Source: a virus | Taxonomy: Duplodnaviria; Caudoviricetes | Virus record (IMG/VR): IMGVR_UViG_3300027607_000106 | Span: 1 to 56,094 of that record | Strand: one strand, 5' to 3' | Length of the DNA stretch: 56,094 nucleotides | Shown: one piece after another, positions 1 through 10,400 of the stretch | Layout of the letters: each line of letters begins with the position of its first letter | Numbering within the stretch: position 1 is the stretch's first letter | Program-made: the position numbers and the translations under genes | The notes under the pieces: generated by a model | Told to the model about the DNA's origin: nothing | The model's input: only the letters and a program-made list of their open reading frames with translations | Database searches by the model: none

Positions 1-2397
1 CATCGGGGACTGCTGCCAGTTGCTGGCCGGTGCGTTGGCGTTGGTGGTGCCAAGGCGATACCAGCCGCTTTCGACGATCGTATTCAGATCCGCGTCGGTC
101 TGCGCGACATTCGCCGCGAGGCGATCAGGCGTTCTTTGTGCACCGGCCTCGATCGCCGCGAGTTTTGCTATCTCTTCGGCTGTTGTGAACCGGTTTGTCG
201 TGCCGGCGGTACTGATCTGATCGGCGGTGTAGTCGCCCAGCTGAGACACGACGACACCCGACCGACCATGGACAGACGAAACAGGACCAGTGTCGCCAGT
301 GCGAGAAAACTGCAGCCCGACCGGGTCCGCGGCTGTGAAGCTCGTATCGCCGCTGTGATTGGCGACGGTGATCTTCACGTATCCCGTAGCGTCAGTCACA
401 GCGGCGATGTCAAAGTAAGCCTGACGATCGAGCGGGGCGGTGATCGTGATCTGGCCCTTGGTCGCGCTCGACGAAGCCGCGAGAGACAACAGCCAGGCCA
501 CGATATCGGTGCCGCCGCGCCCGGTCTTGGAGACGAATAGCTGCGTCGCGGAAGCGAGGCTCGCATTGTTCGCCCGGATGCCACCGTTTGCGGGCGCCGC
601 ATCAGCGGTGGCGGTCTCCCAGTTCAGCAAGGTGCCGGGATTGGTCCCATCGGCGCCGGCCGCACCGTCGACACCATCCGACCCCGCGTCGCCCGATCGC
701 GCGAACTGGAGATAGAGCGCATCCGCAGCCGTGAACGCGAGGGCCCCGCTGTGGCCGCTAACCGTGACCTTCACATACCCGGTTGCCGTTGTGACGCTGG
801 TCACCTGGAAGGTCGCAAGCGATTGATCGGTGGCCTTGAGAAGCGTGAGGATGCCGGCGATGCCGTTCACTGCGTCATCGAGCGCAAGCAAGAACGCCTC
901 GATATCGTCGCCCGAGGCGTTTGTCGTAGCGACATAGAGCTGCGTGGCTGCGGCCAAGCTGGCGTTGTTCGCCCGAATCCCGCCGTTCGCGGGCGCTGCA
1001 TCAGCGGTCGACGTCTCCCAACTGACCGGCTGGCCATAGCTGACCCCATCGTCGCCGGCCGGCCCCGCCACACCGGCCGCGCCAGCGGGGCCCGCGTCTC
1101 CCTGCGCCCCTTGAGCACCCGTCGCGCCGGTCGCACCCGTCGCACCTACGGCGCCAGCAGGACCGGTGTCTCCCTTGTCGCCCGTCCGGCTGAACTGGAT
1201 GCTCAACGATGCACCATCTGCGAACGCGCCATTGTGGTCGACATAGGCAACTGTCAGGTTCTTGTAGCCCGTCTGGCCGCTGTATCCTGTCAGGTTGAAC
1301 GATGCGTAATTCGCCTTGTTGTTCAGATCGTAGATCAGGATATGACCGAGGACCGTCGACGTGCTGTCGTTCCACTTGTTGAGGTGTGCGGAGACATTCG
1401 GGGTCCCTGCGTCGGCGGTGGTGTTGTCGATGGCAATGTTGGTGACGTTGCCGATCGCGGCGTCATTGAAGCGGATTTTGCCATTGCCTGGATCGGCGAT
1501 AGTCGTCAGGGTCGAGAAGGTATAGACCAACCCGGCATCCGAGCCGGCAGGACCCTGAGCGCCCTGCGGGCCAGGATCGCCTTGCGCGATTGCCGCAAGG
1601 CTCGACCGCTCGACATAGAATTTGGATGTTCCGTCGCAGACGAGCTCGAGCCCGCCACCGGCGACCGACACCGATTTAGAGGTCAAACCGTCGCCGAAGG
1701 TATCGGCGCCCGACAACGCCACCGCGAGGCTGCCGCCGCCGGTCGTCGGCATCAGCACCCTCAGCCGGTACCCCTCGAACAGCGTCGCGGCTTGCGGCAC
1801 CGTCAGCGTTCGGTTCGCCGCGCCTAGGTCGAACACCATAAGCCGATCATGGTCCGTCGCCTCGGCGGTGTGATTGGCATTGCCGATCGCCCGCGTCGGC
1901 TTCGACAGCGCATTGGTGATCTCAACCCATGCACCGGACGCCTTTGACCAGAGGCGATGCGGCGGTCCGACCAGGACGGCCAGGTCGCTGGGCGAACCGA
2001 AATCCGCCAGCGGGGCATCGGATCCGGCGTCGAAATCCTCGGGCTGAAGGACAGCGACCGTTCCTTTGCCTTGCAGCAGATTCAGCAGATCGCGCACGTT
2101 CGAGGCGATGATCGCGTTCGTATAGTGATTGTTGCCGTGCAGGATCAGGTAACTGAGGCCGCTCGCCGTAGCGCCTTCATACGGCCGATCGAGGGTCAGC
2201 GCGGCATCGCTGGCCGGATCATTCGCGAGGATATAGGGCGCGACTGTGTGCCCGGATGCGTCTGCGCCCAGGATGACAATCAGGTCGCCCTTCAGCGCGT
2301 TGCCAACCCAGGTCGTGCCGGTGCCAGCAAGCGCGGTCGCGCCATTCGTGGCCGCTACGGTGCCTTCTGAGTACCAGATTTGAGGATTTTCAGCCAT
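1..2397 (-). CDS. Tail fibre / receptor-binding protein with collagen-like Gly-X-Y linkers, partial (runs off the left edge; absent from the ORF track)
   Basis: Translated by hand from ATG at 2397: MAENPQIWYSEGTVAATNGATALAGTGTTW..., open to base 1. Has GDTGPAGAVGATGATGAQGAQG repeats and follows the tail-tip gene. Confidence 0.85.
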   Translation of the reverse strand, partial: MAENPQIWYSEGTVAATNGATALAGTGTTWVGNALKGDLIVILGADASGHTVAPYILANDPASDAALTLDRPYEGATASGLSYLILHGNNHYTNAIIASNVRDLLNLLQGKGTVAVLQPEDFDAGSDAPLADFGSPSDLAVLVGPPHRLWSKASGAWVEITNALSKPTRAIGNANHTAEATDHDRLMVFDLGAANRTLTVPQAATLFEGYRLRVLMPTTGGGSLAVALSGADTFGDGLTSKSVSVAGGGLELVCDGTSKFYVERSSLAAIAQGDPGPQGAQGPAGSDAGLVYTFSTLTTIADPGNGKIRFNDAAIGNVTNIAIDNTTADAGTPNVSAHLNKWNDSTSTVLGHILIYDLNNKANYASFNLTGYSGQTGYKNLTVAYVDHNGAFADGASLSIQFSRTGDKGDTGPAGAVGATGATGATGAQGAQGDAGPAGAAGVAGPAGDDGVSYGQPVSWETSTADAAPANGGIRANNASLAAATQLYVATTNASGDDIEAFLLALDDAVNGIAGILTLLKATDQSLATFQVTSVTTATGYVKVTVSGHSGALAFTAADALYLQFARSGDAGSDGVDGAAGADGTNPGTLLNWETATADAAPANGGIRANNASLASATQLFVSKTGRGGTDIVAWLLSLAASSSATKGQITITAPLDRQAYFDIAAVTDATGYVKITVANHSGDTSFTAADPVGLQFSRTGDTGPVSSVHGRSGVVVSQLGDYTADQISTAGTTNRFTTAEEIAKLAAIEAGAQRTPDRLAANVAQTDADLNTIVESGWYRLGTTNANAPASNWQQSPM

Positions 2398-2409
2398 GAT
2401 GTTCCCATG

Positions 2410-2431
2410 AAAAAACCGCCCGAAGGCGGCT
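2410..2431 (-). terminator. Rho-independent terminator between tail-tip and tail-fibre genes
   Basis: Minus strand reads GCCGCC-TTCG-GGCGGT-TTTTT. Confidence 0.75.
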
Positions 2432-2456
2432 GCTGATCTTCAAAGGTTCTTGGACC

Positions 2457-5400
2457 TTATCGCTTGTACGCGTTGCCGCTTACCGATCCATCGTTGTAGG
2501 TTCGGCAATTGACTTGATTGCTGTTTGTGCTCGCGAACAGATCGTATTTTGTCTCGACTGACGGCGGGTTTTCATCGATGAAGGCAATCGTTCTATCGAA
2601 CAACATCTGTGAGGCCGACAAATTCAGCATATCGAAGTTGAATTTATTGACCTCCTGACCGCCCCTGAACAAGCGAAATGTAACACCTCCGACAGTGTCA
2701 GGCTGGGCTACATCTGTATATGTAATTTGCGCATGAACAAGGAATTCTATTCTGACGAATTCGACTTCATCATCAAGGTCCATTGTGATGGAGGCGACTT
2801 TCTTTTCAGATATCCCGATGTTCTGAACGTTTGAGAACGATCCGAGCGTCGGGACAGTAATTTCCCGTCGTTTCAAATTGTTCGATTTGAGGTTTCGGAT
2901 GTGGGCATTCTCTATGTAGACGACCCCGCCGCTTATGTAGAACGGGTAGACTTTTTCGTCGTTGTGCGTAAACGCAAAGTTCTCGGCCTCGATGACGGCT
3001 TGGCTGCCGCCGCCCTGCATCGCATCCAGATACAGAGCCGCCTGCTCGAAATTGTCCTCGACACCGGCCCGCACGCGCAATGCCATCCGCGATGCCACGC
3101 CGCTCGGACCGGACTGCGCCTCCATGGCGATCAGGCCCTCGGCATAGCCATCCTCGGTCTCCGCGACGACCGACTTGAGGCTCGATGCGAGCGATTCCAG
3201 GCCCTTCTTCGTTTGGGTCGCCTGGGCCGCGTCCGCTTCCAGCACCGCGCCGAGGGCGGAATCTTCAAGCTGGCCCCAGCCGATATGCGCGAGCTCGAAG
3301 TCGACGGCCTGATCGTCCGAAGGAATGAACTTCAGCCCGGTGATCGTGTTGTTGATCCAGTTGTTGCCGCCGGCATCGAGGTCGGACATGTCAAATGTCA
3401 TGACAACGAATTCATCGTCTTGCGCGTCACCGGTTCCCCACGGGTGCGCCGCGTCCTTGTACCAGCTGTTGCCATACCCATGGCCGTTCGTTTTGTACTG
3501 CAGCCGCCCCTTGAAGTCCGACCCCGCACCGCGCCAGCGACCGACGATCTGAACGACCGGACTGCCGTTCCCGTCAAACTGCATATCGGTCGACAGGTTG
3601 AAGACGTAGCCGGGCTTGCTGCCGCTGCCGCGCAGCCGCGCGGTGTCGTCGAGGCCGCCGCTGATCGTGCCATTTGCGGCCGATGCCTTGGTGAGAAGGA
3701 CTGTCTTGCCTTTCCAGACATTCGTCGGCAGGAACTGCTGAACCTTCGCCGACAGAAGCGTGTCGCGCAACGCGTTGACCTTGAGGCCATCCTTGTTGAG
3801 GTTGACCTGCGTTTCGAGATTGTCGAATGCCGTGGACAGGCCGGAGACATCGCCCTCGACATTCCCGACGCGCGTCGTCAGCAGCGTTGTGGCATTTGCG
3901 ATTGACGTAATCTCGCCCTCGTTCGCGGTGATCCGAATGCCCTGGCTGCTGATCAGCGCGGCGAGAGCCGAATTCCCGGTCACGCTGTCGTTGACGACGC
4001 CGAACAGCGTCAGGATGTCGGACGCCAACAGGTCCAGTCCGTCCTCGGTATCCTGCACCCGAACGACGAGTTCCTGGAGGGCCAGCGCGATTCCGGATTG
4101 ATCGCCCTCGACACTGGTCAGCCGCGCCTCGAGCCCGAGGATCGACTCCGCCCGCGCTTCCTTCTCGTCGACGATCGCACGGTCGATCCTGATGACGGCC
4201 GCTCTCGCATCTTCCGACTGCTGCACCACCGCCGTGATGATCGAATTTTTGGTCAGTTCCATGAACGCGCCGTTCTCGGCGACGAGCGCGGTCAGCTCCT
4301 CCATTGTTTCGCGAAGATTGTCGAGACCGATATTCAGGAAGGCCTGCGAATCCTCCTCGATGCGTTGCAGGTTGCCCTGCACGTCGGGATCGAGATGCTC
4401 GATCTTGATGACACCCGGCGGTGGTTCGACCGGCGGCACCTCCGATTGAGCGATCGAAAGCTCGGCCCATGGCCCGGCCCGCTTGCCGATGCCGCGAACG
4501 CGCACCTTCAGTTCCTGCGCCTTCACCGTCGCCGTGAAGCGGTTGTCTTCGCCGGCATAGACCGGCGTCCATGACGCCCCGTTGTCGTAACTGACCTCGG
4601 CCTTATAGCGCCTGGCGCCCGCCGCCGGCAGCCAGCCGGCCGCGAGCCGGATATCGAAGTCGTACCGCGCGAGGTTTCCGTAGAGACCCGAAACGATCGG
4701 CCGATCCGGGACCTTCGGCGGCGTCGGCGGGCGCAGATAGGGCGGTGGCGTCTCGGTTCCGTCCGCCGAATAGACTTCGGGCGCGTCAAGCTGCGCGATC
4801 ACCTCAACCTGATTGTTCCCGGTCGGCCGGGCCGACACGACAAGGCCGTCGAACGTCGGCGCGTTGTCCTGGTACAGGACCAGATGCGCTTTCTCCGAAC
4901 GCGCGGCCGGCAGGATGCTGGCGATCGTGCCGTCCTGCGCCTCGACGGCCGCCAGATCCGTGGCGTTGAGCTTGATCGTGCGGTCGTCTTGGATCTTGTT
5001 GACGTCGCACGGGCCCCACTCGCGGCCATCCTTGCCGCGCAGATAGACCGAATCCTCTGTGCCCCAGACATAACGAAGGCGAACTTGCGAAATCCGGACC
5101 TCTGCGCCGCCGCCGCTGTCGTTGACATTGACGCCGAAGCGAAGGCGCGCCGCCGTGGTCGCCCAGGCCTCGATGCCGCTGGCCGCGTCCGCCGCGAAAT
5201 AGAACTGCGTCGTCTGCTTGCCGTCGGTCGAGGTCTTCAGATCGGAATACCCTCCAATCGCGCCGCCGATCTGGACATAGGCATCGTCCAGCGCGACGCA
5301 GCGGCCTCGAACGCGCCCCTGCCCCGCTCCTTCGACGCGCCAAACGACCTGAAGCTCGACGATCTGGCCGTCGGTCGGAACGTCCAGAGCCCTCTTGTGT

Positions 5401-7679
5401 CGGATCGAGTTGGCCGCGGTCCCCGAGCGCACAGCCGCCCGCGCGTCCAGCGTCGCATCATCGACGAACGTCCCGCTGAGATCGGGCAACGAGCTCGCAG
5501 CCCCTGCGTTCTGGTTGGTCCAGTCCGCCCCATCGCTCTCGAAATACTGCGGCGCAGGTGATTGAACGATATCGCTGTCGAGCGTCAGTGTGTTCGCGTC
5601 GACGGACCGCACCTGCGCATTGGCAACACCCATGAGAGGATGGGACACGTTGATCGGATCCAGCCGGACGAGATCAAGGCCCTCCATCTCTGTCACGAAC
5701 CCGACGAACTGCCGGCGATAGGCGTTCTTGGCGACGCGGCGGAGACCACGGCGCCATGCGTGGTCGTGATTGGTCGAGCCAAAGGCGTCCTCTTCGACCG
5801 GCGCTTCGCCGCTGTAGGTCGATAGCTCCGCCTTTACCTCGTCCTCGATCCAGGTGTCTTCGTTGATGAACTTGATGTAGAGCGAATCCGGGGACTCATC
5901 GTCGGCGAAGATGAACTCCTGCCAGAAGGACCCCTTGACGATGTTGCGCGGCGTGAAGGTTGCGCGGCGGATGTCGCGCGCCTCGTCGCGGACGAAGCCG
6001 ATCCGGCCGCCCAGGCGGATGATCTGAGCGTCGCCGGCATCAAGGATCGCGTTCGTCGCGACGCCGACAGTCCATTCCCGGTCGAACACGGCGTTGAAGG
6101 TGTCGCCGCGCCCGTCCCAAAGGCTGTCGTAGGCTTCGAGCCAGTCCAGATCGTATTTCGTGTCCGCAAGCCCGGCGCCATAGTCGGTATCGCGCAGCCA
6201 ATCGGCGGTGGCCCAGGCGATCGAGCGCGTTGCAACCGGCGCGGACCAGGTCTTGGTCGACGCGTTGTAGGTCGGCAGCTTGCGCGTGCCGGTAACGAAG
6301 ATCTCGTTCGAGGAGAACTGATTGAAGTCCTCGTTCGCCTTGATCTTGACCGCGATCAGGGACACGCCGGGCGGCGTCTTGAAACCGGCGATATAGCCCT
6401 TCAGGCCGCCCCAGAGCAGCTTGTTCTTCGAGTTCTTGTCGTCGGCTGCCGAGAAGTCCCGCTCGGAGGAGAACCGGACCTCGTAGCGACCCTTCGCAAC
6501 CGCCTTGCGATAAGTGATCCTCTGCGGCTCGCGCGTCCCGCGCACGATCCGGTGGGAGCCATTGTCACCGTTGCCGTTGTTCTCGATATCGAGCCAGGTT
6601 CCCGCACCGACCGGCGCCCCGGCATCGTCGATCTCGCGATACTGCATCCGCACGTCGACGAGATTGACTTGAAGCTCGCCCTCGTCGGTGACGTAGTAGA
6701 GGCCTTCCGGAAAGATCAGATCGACAGCCAGCCGGTTGACCCGGTTCGACGCGCCGGCCGGGTTGACGACGAACGGTCCGAGGATGCCGGGCGGATTCGG
6801 GACCTCCTGGCCGCTGACCTCGCTGGCCGTGATGACGCCGGCCGGAAACAGCGTAATCTCGCCACCCGGATCGATGAACTCGAATTCCAGATCGTCAACG
6901 GTGCCCGTGACGCCATCGACCGGGTTCCAGACCTCCGTATCGCCGATCTCGATCCGCTCGTATTCGATCTCCCCGCAGGTCGTCATCAACACCTGGTAGA
7001 GGAACTGATCGTTGCCTTCGAACTCCTGATAGGGCTTGGTCAGGAACGGCGGCGGCAGGCGCAGGCGACCATACCAGACCGGCATCACCCCGCCCGGGTT
7101 GGCCCGGTTGCTCGCGGCCGACACTGTGTAGGATTCGAAATCCTCCGTTGCCGGGGTCTCCGGCTTCGGCGCCAGCAGGTTCAGCAGCAGCGAACCGCCG
7201 ATGACAAGGCCGGAAGCCGCAAGTGTGCCGAGCGGCGAAAGGGTGCCGGCCGCAGTGGTGAACGCCGCGACACCCACGCCCGCGACAAGATACGGCGCGG
7301 CGATCGCCAGCGCGAGCGAAGCGACGACGGCGGCAACCTGTTTGCCGGAATTCGACCCGCTTCCGCCGCCCCCGCCGCGCGGGACCGGAACGAAGGCGAT
7401 CGTCTCGTCCGGACCGATCACCCGCGTGTGCCAGGTTGCCTGCTTCACATAGGCAGGTTCACCCGAGCCGTCCGGCCCAAGAACCGCCGTCGGCAGTCGG
7501 AACCGAACATCCGCCGGGAAGACCGGGAGCGGCATTGCTGGATCCTGCGGCGCGAAGAAGTGCGGCAGGTCGCGGTTCAGCTGCGCGATTGCCTCGTAGA
7601 CCGTCATATCCGGGCGATCGAGCACGATCTCCCGTTCCGTTCCTTCGTAGAAACGGTCGACAACAACAAGCCGGCCCAT
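2457..7679 (-). CDS. Tail tip / host-specificity protein (lambda J-like, with fused gpI-like N-terminus)
   Basis: N-terminal VPVPRGGGG plus hydrophobic segment, PVWYGRLR motif, FnIII-like region, coiled coil and DUF1983-like C-terminus (AVIEAENFAF...PFYISGGVVYIENAHI). Start at ATG 7679 avoids overlap with the upstream gene. Confidence 0.85.
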   Translation of the reverse strand: MGRLVVVDRFYEGTEREIVLDRPDMTVYEAIAQLNRDLPHFFAPQDPAMPLPVFPADVRFRLPTAVLGPDGSGEPAYVKQATWHTRVIGPDETIAFVPVPRGGGGGSGSNSGKQVAAVVASLALAIAAPYLVAGVGVAAFTTAAGTLSPLGTLAASGLVIGGSLLLNLLAPKPETPATEDFESYTVSAASNRANPGGVMPVWYGRLRLPPPFLTKPYQEFEGNDQFLYQVLMTTCGEIEYERIEIGDTEVWNPVDGVTGTVDDLEFEFIDPGGEITLFPAGVITASEVSGQEVPNPPGILGPFVVNPAGASNRVNRLAVDLIFPEGLYYVTDEGELQVNLVDVRMQYREIDDAGAPVGAGTWLDIENNGNGDNGSHRIVRGTREPQRITYRKAVAKGRYEVRFSSERDFSAADDKNSKNKLLWGGLKGYIAGFKTPPGVSLIAVKIKANEDFNQFSSNEIFVTGTRKLPTYNASTKTWSAPVATRSIAWATADWLRDTDYGAGLADTKYDLDWLEAYDSLWDGRGDTFNAVFDREWTVGVATNAILDAGDAQIIRLGGRIGFVRDEARDIRRATFTPRNIVKGSFWQEFIFADDESPDSLYIKFINEDTWIEDEVKAELSTYSGEAPVEEDAFGSTNHDHAWRRGLRRVAKNAYRRQFVGFVTEMEGLDLVRLDPINVSHPLMGVANAQVRSVDANTLTLDSDIVQSPAPQYFESDGADWTNQNAGAASSLPDLSGTFVDDATLDARAAVRSGTAANSIRHKRALDVPTDGQIVELQVVWRVEGAGQGRVRGRCVALDDAYVQIGGAIGGYSDLKTSTDGKQTTQFYFAADAASGIEAWATTAARLRFGVNVNDSGGGAEVRISQVRLRYVWGTEDSVYLRGKDGREWGPCDVNKIQDDRTIKLNATDLAAVEAQDGTIASILPAARSEKAHLVLYQDNAPTFDGLVVSARPTGNNQVEVIAQLDAPEVYSADGTETPPPYLRPPTPPKVPDRPIVSGLYGNLARYDFDIRLAAGWLPAAGARRYKAEVSYDNGASWTPVYAGEDNRFTATVKAQELKVRVRGIGKRAGPWAELSIAQSEVPPVEPPPGVIKIEHLDPDVQGNLQRIEEDSQAFLNIGLDNLRETMEELTALVAENGAFMELTKNSIITAVVQQSEDARAAVIRIDRAIVDEKEARAESILGLEARLTSVEGDQSGIALALQELVVRVQDTEDGLDLLASDILTLFGVVNDSVTGNSALAALISSQGIRITANEGEITSIANATTLLTTRVGNVEGDVSGLSTAFDNLETQVNLNKDGLKVNALRDTLLSAKVQQFLPTNVWKGKTVLLTKASAANGTISGGLDDTARLRGSGSKPGYVFNLSTDMQFDGNGSPVVQIVGRWRGAGSDFKGRLQYKTNGHGYGNSWYKDAAHPWGTGDAQDDEFVVMTFDMSDLDAGGNNWINNTITGLKFIPSDDQAVDFELAHIGWGQLEDSALGAVLEADAAQATQTKKGLESLASSLKSVVAETEDGYAEGLIAMEAQSGPSGVASRMALRVRAGVEDNFEQAALYLDAMQGGGSQAVIEAENFAFTHNDEKVYPFYISGGVVYIENAHIRNLKSNNLKRREITVPTLGSFSNVQNIGISEKKVASITMDLDDEVEFVRIEFLVHAQITYTDVAQPDTVGGVTFRLFRGGQEVNKFNFDMLNLSASQMLFDRTIAFIDENPPSVETKYDLFASTNSNQVNCRTYNDGSVSGNAYKR

Positions 7680-7681
7680 GC

Positions 7682-8116
7682 TCAGTCTCTCGGAAGGTAG
7701 AAGTGGAAGGCCGTCCACGCCTTGGGCGGGGCCTTCATCCGAAACAGGGTGTCGACGACAACGCCCATCGATTTGCTTTCGTCTTCGCCGCCGAGCGTGT
7801 GCAGGACCATGCCCCGATCGATATCGAGATAGGTTCCCATGTGGTGCCCGATGCCCTCACGAAACATCGAGACAATGGCCCCGTCGACAGGCCCGTCGAT
7901 CCGGCGCCAGTTACGGCGCTCGGGATGCGCCTGGATGAAGCCGGCAATGGCCTGCAATCCGGCTCTCTCCGGCGTGACGAACTCCGGCATAGCGCGGCCG
8001 AACAATTCGCGCTGCACGAAACGCGTCAGTCCATAACAGTCGAAAGCATCCGGCCCCTGACCGCCGAGCTTGTAGGGCCGGCCGATCAGACCGTTGATGA
8101 AGGCGATGCGATCCAT
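7682..8116 (-). CDS. NlpC/P60 tail assembly protein (gpK-like)
   Basis: IGRPYKLGGQGPDAFDCYGL, HHMG and VLH catalytic motifs. Confidence 0.9.
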   Translation of the reverse strand: MDRIAFINGLIGRPYKLGGQGPDAFDCYGLTRFVQRELFGRAMPEFVTPERAGLQAIAGFIQAHPERRNWRRIDGPVDGAIVSMFREGIGHHMGTYLDIDRGMVLHTLGGEDESKSMGVVVDTLFRMKAPPKAWTAFHFYLPRD

Positions 8117-8118
8117 GG

Positions 8119-8688
8119 TCAGACGAACAGGCTTGGGCACTCTTCGCGCGAGAAGATCCGGCGCGGCGCCGTGACGTTGACGATATCGACGAAGCGAGCG
8201 GTCGCAGTCAGCCGCATAGGTGTCGCCCGCAGCTTCTTGACCGCCAGGCCGTCGATCTTATGCGCGGGACCCATCGTGCTCGCGAGCGAATAGACGCCGG
8301 TCGAGGCATTGTGGTTCAGGATGTACTCCCGGTAGATCAGGATCGCCGGGGTGCGGATCTTCACGCCCTCGCGGATGCGGTTCATGTATTGCATCGGCAC
8401 ATTGTCGATCGCGAACTCCATCTCGCCGAGGCTGCCCTCCTCCTGCGCAGGCTGCACGACCTCGACATTGAGCGGCAGGAACGTCTTGGTCTGGCCGGCA
8501 AACAGCGGCGCATCGGCCTCGATCGGCAAATCCCAGGGCTGATTGTCGAGCGCGATCCGGATCGAATCCTGTCCGCCGCCCGGCGCCTGAAAGCTCGAAT
8601 GGATCAGTTCCAGCGTGACGAGCGTAAACTCGTCGACCGGGTTGCTGGCGTAGATTTCCCGCAGGTCCTCGTCGGTCAGTTGCGGCAT
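8119..8688 (-). CDS. Minor tail protein (DUF1833 / gpL-like)
   Basis: YASNP...LVTLELIHSSF, FAIDNV, YREY and C-terminal PSLF; sits before the NlpC gene. Confidence 0.8.
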   Translation of the reverse strand: MPQLTDEDLREIYASNPVDEFTLVTLELIHSSFQAPGGGQDSIRIALDNQPWDLPIEADAPLFAGQTKTFLPLNVEVVQPAQEEGSLGEMEFAIDNVPMQYMNRIREGVKIRTPAILIYREYILNHNASTGVYSLASTMGPAHKIDGLAVKKLRATPMRLTATARFVDIVNVTAPRRIFSREECPSLFV

Positions 8689-9050
8689 CAGAAGTCCTCG
8701 ACCTCAAGCGTGATCGCCACATCGTGGAAGAAGCCGCCGCCGGGATTGGCGGTATAGCTGATGTTCCGGCAGGTTCGGGTTTCGTAGGCCGCGCCAGTCC
8801 AAATCGGCATGGTGAAATCCGCCGTCCCGTCGACCAGCTCGTCGCGGACGAACGCCTTGAAGGTGGCGAATTCGGGATTGTCGAGGCGCAGCGCGAACGA
8901 TGCGGTCGCTACATTGAGCGTTGCCATGCGACGGCCGCGACGGTTCCCACCCTCCATATCGGTGCGGTTCGGCGGCCGGAACGGCTCGTCAACGGACATG
9001 GAGCCGGATACCGGCGTGTGCCGGACCGTGCCGGGCCAGGTTGAAGACAT
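8688..9050 (-). CDS. Distal tail protein (gpM-like)
   Basis: TWP start, RTDMEGG..R.RR and L.DGTADFTMPIW motifs; synteny. Confidence 0.7.
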   Translation of the reverse strand: MSSTWPGTVRHTPVSGSMSVDEPFRPPNRTDMEGGNRRGRRMATLNVATASFALRLDNPEFATFKAFVRDELVDGTADFTMPIWTGAAYETRTCRNISYTANPGGGFFHDVAITLEVEDF

Positions 9051-9119
9051 GGGTTGGCTTTCGTTTGGAGCACTACCCGTGGTAGTGCTTGCGTTCTGCC
9101 AAGCTTACAGGGGTGCAAA

Positions 9120-10145
9120 ATGGGGTTACGTTTTATCGAGCCCGTGCGGCTCGCATTGGCGCTTTCTCTTTTGGGGCCAATCGCCGGTTACTCTTCATCC
9201 AGCGACCTAAGAATATCTGAACATCGAATACAAGATACATCAAATTTTTTCTGGGGCGTAGAACACGTTGATTACGCTCCAGGCGGCTTGACTTATTCGG
9301 TAGGCTTCGTTCATTCAAATGGAGATAGCGTTGTCAACGTGTATGAATCTGCCAAACGCAGTTTGCGATTTTCGATTAAACTGCCCGGCGAGATTCACGA
9401 CGTAGTATATTCCCAAGACAGCAAACTGATTGCTACTGCATCAAGACTTTTTGCAGATCGTTTTAGAATCCAGATTTGGAGCGCCGAAGACGGTGATCTG
9501 ATAGCGACGCGAAAATACGACGACGTGAACCTCTTTGGGCACCACAGCCTAGCATTCTTGGTTGCTCACGACGCATTGGCTATTGCCGGTACGGATAGTG
9601 GATCAGAAATCTGGAGCTTCTACAAAAAGGGAAAAAGAAGGCTAAACACTTCTGCCTCGGGAATAGCTGGAGACAATAAGGGGAAGAAGATAGCACTGTC
9701 ATTGTCTGCTATTGAGGTATATAACTACAAAAAGAAGAAATATACTAGCGATTTTGGCTCAGACCCGAATGCGATCATTTACGGGTTGAAAGACCGGCGA
9801 ATAGCTGCTTCACGCAATGGCTTCATCGATATCTACAACGCCAGAAATGGCAAACAAACGCAGAAACTATCGGGCTTCGATGGAACACCCAGAAGCCTCG
9901 CTTTCACGCCCAGGAAGCCTTTCATCGCCGTTGCAATCTCTGGAGACCCCGTCACTGTCTGGAATGCCAAAACGGGCGATCTGGTCGCCAGCTTGAATGA
10001 CGATCGCACATCTCCGCTCAACGCGTTTCAAACCGTTGCCATCTCTCCCAACGGCAAAATCGCCATGGCTGGTGACATCTTTGACAACCTTTATATCTGG
10101 GACATTGCTACAGGTGAACTCATCGACAAGATCGTGTTTGACTGA
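9120..10145 (+). CDS. Secreted WD40/beta-propeller protein (moron)
   Basis: Signal-peptide-like N-terminus, repeats SQDSKLIATAS and SPNGKIAMAGD...YIWD. AT-richer and antisense to the late genes. Confidence 0.8.
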   Translation: MGLRFIEPVRLALALSLLGPIAGYSSSSDLRISEHRIQDTSNFFWGVEHVDYAPGGLTYSVGFVHSNGDSVVNVYESAKRSLRFSIKLPGEIHDVVYSQDSKLIATASRLFADRFRIQIWSAEDGDLIATRKYDDVNLFGHHSLAFLVAHDALAIAGTDSGSEIWSFYKKGKRRLNTSASGIAGDNKGKKIALSLSAIEVYNYKKKKYTSDFGSDPNAIIYGLKDRRIAASRNGFIDIYNARNGKQTQKLSGFDGTPRSLAFTPRKPFIAVAISGDPVTVWNAKTGDLVASLNDDRTSPLNAFQTVAISPNGKIAMAGDIFDNLYIWDIATGELIDKIVFD

Positions 10146-10400
10146 TCCAGGCCACATTCTGTCGCGCAGGAAAGTCGGCTCTGCGGATACTCCCTCTACC
10201 CCATAACTGAAGTGGAGGCTGTCAGGAGCGGTCTGAGCATAACCTAAAGATAAGAATCCGGCTTCCCCTCCGCAACTGAAGTCTCTGTTTGCTCGGCTAC
10301 GGAACAAATATACCGCAGTACAATTCTTGCAAAGAACAAATCAATAATTGCAATTCAGCAAAATAAAACTAATACAAAACTCAAAAAGATACGAATAAGC

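Noticed and set aside
540-1021. Similar repeats at 540-621 and 939-1020 as a diversity-generating retroelement TR/VR pair
   Set aside because: Differences are mostly synonymous and not adenine-specific, both copies are inside one ORF, and no reverse transcriptase is in the window.
20-2370. Plus-strand ORFs such as 751-1827
   Set aside because: Antisense shadows of the minus-strand tail-fibre gene.
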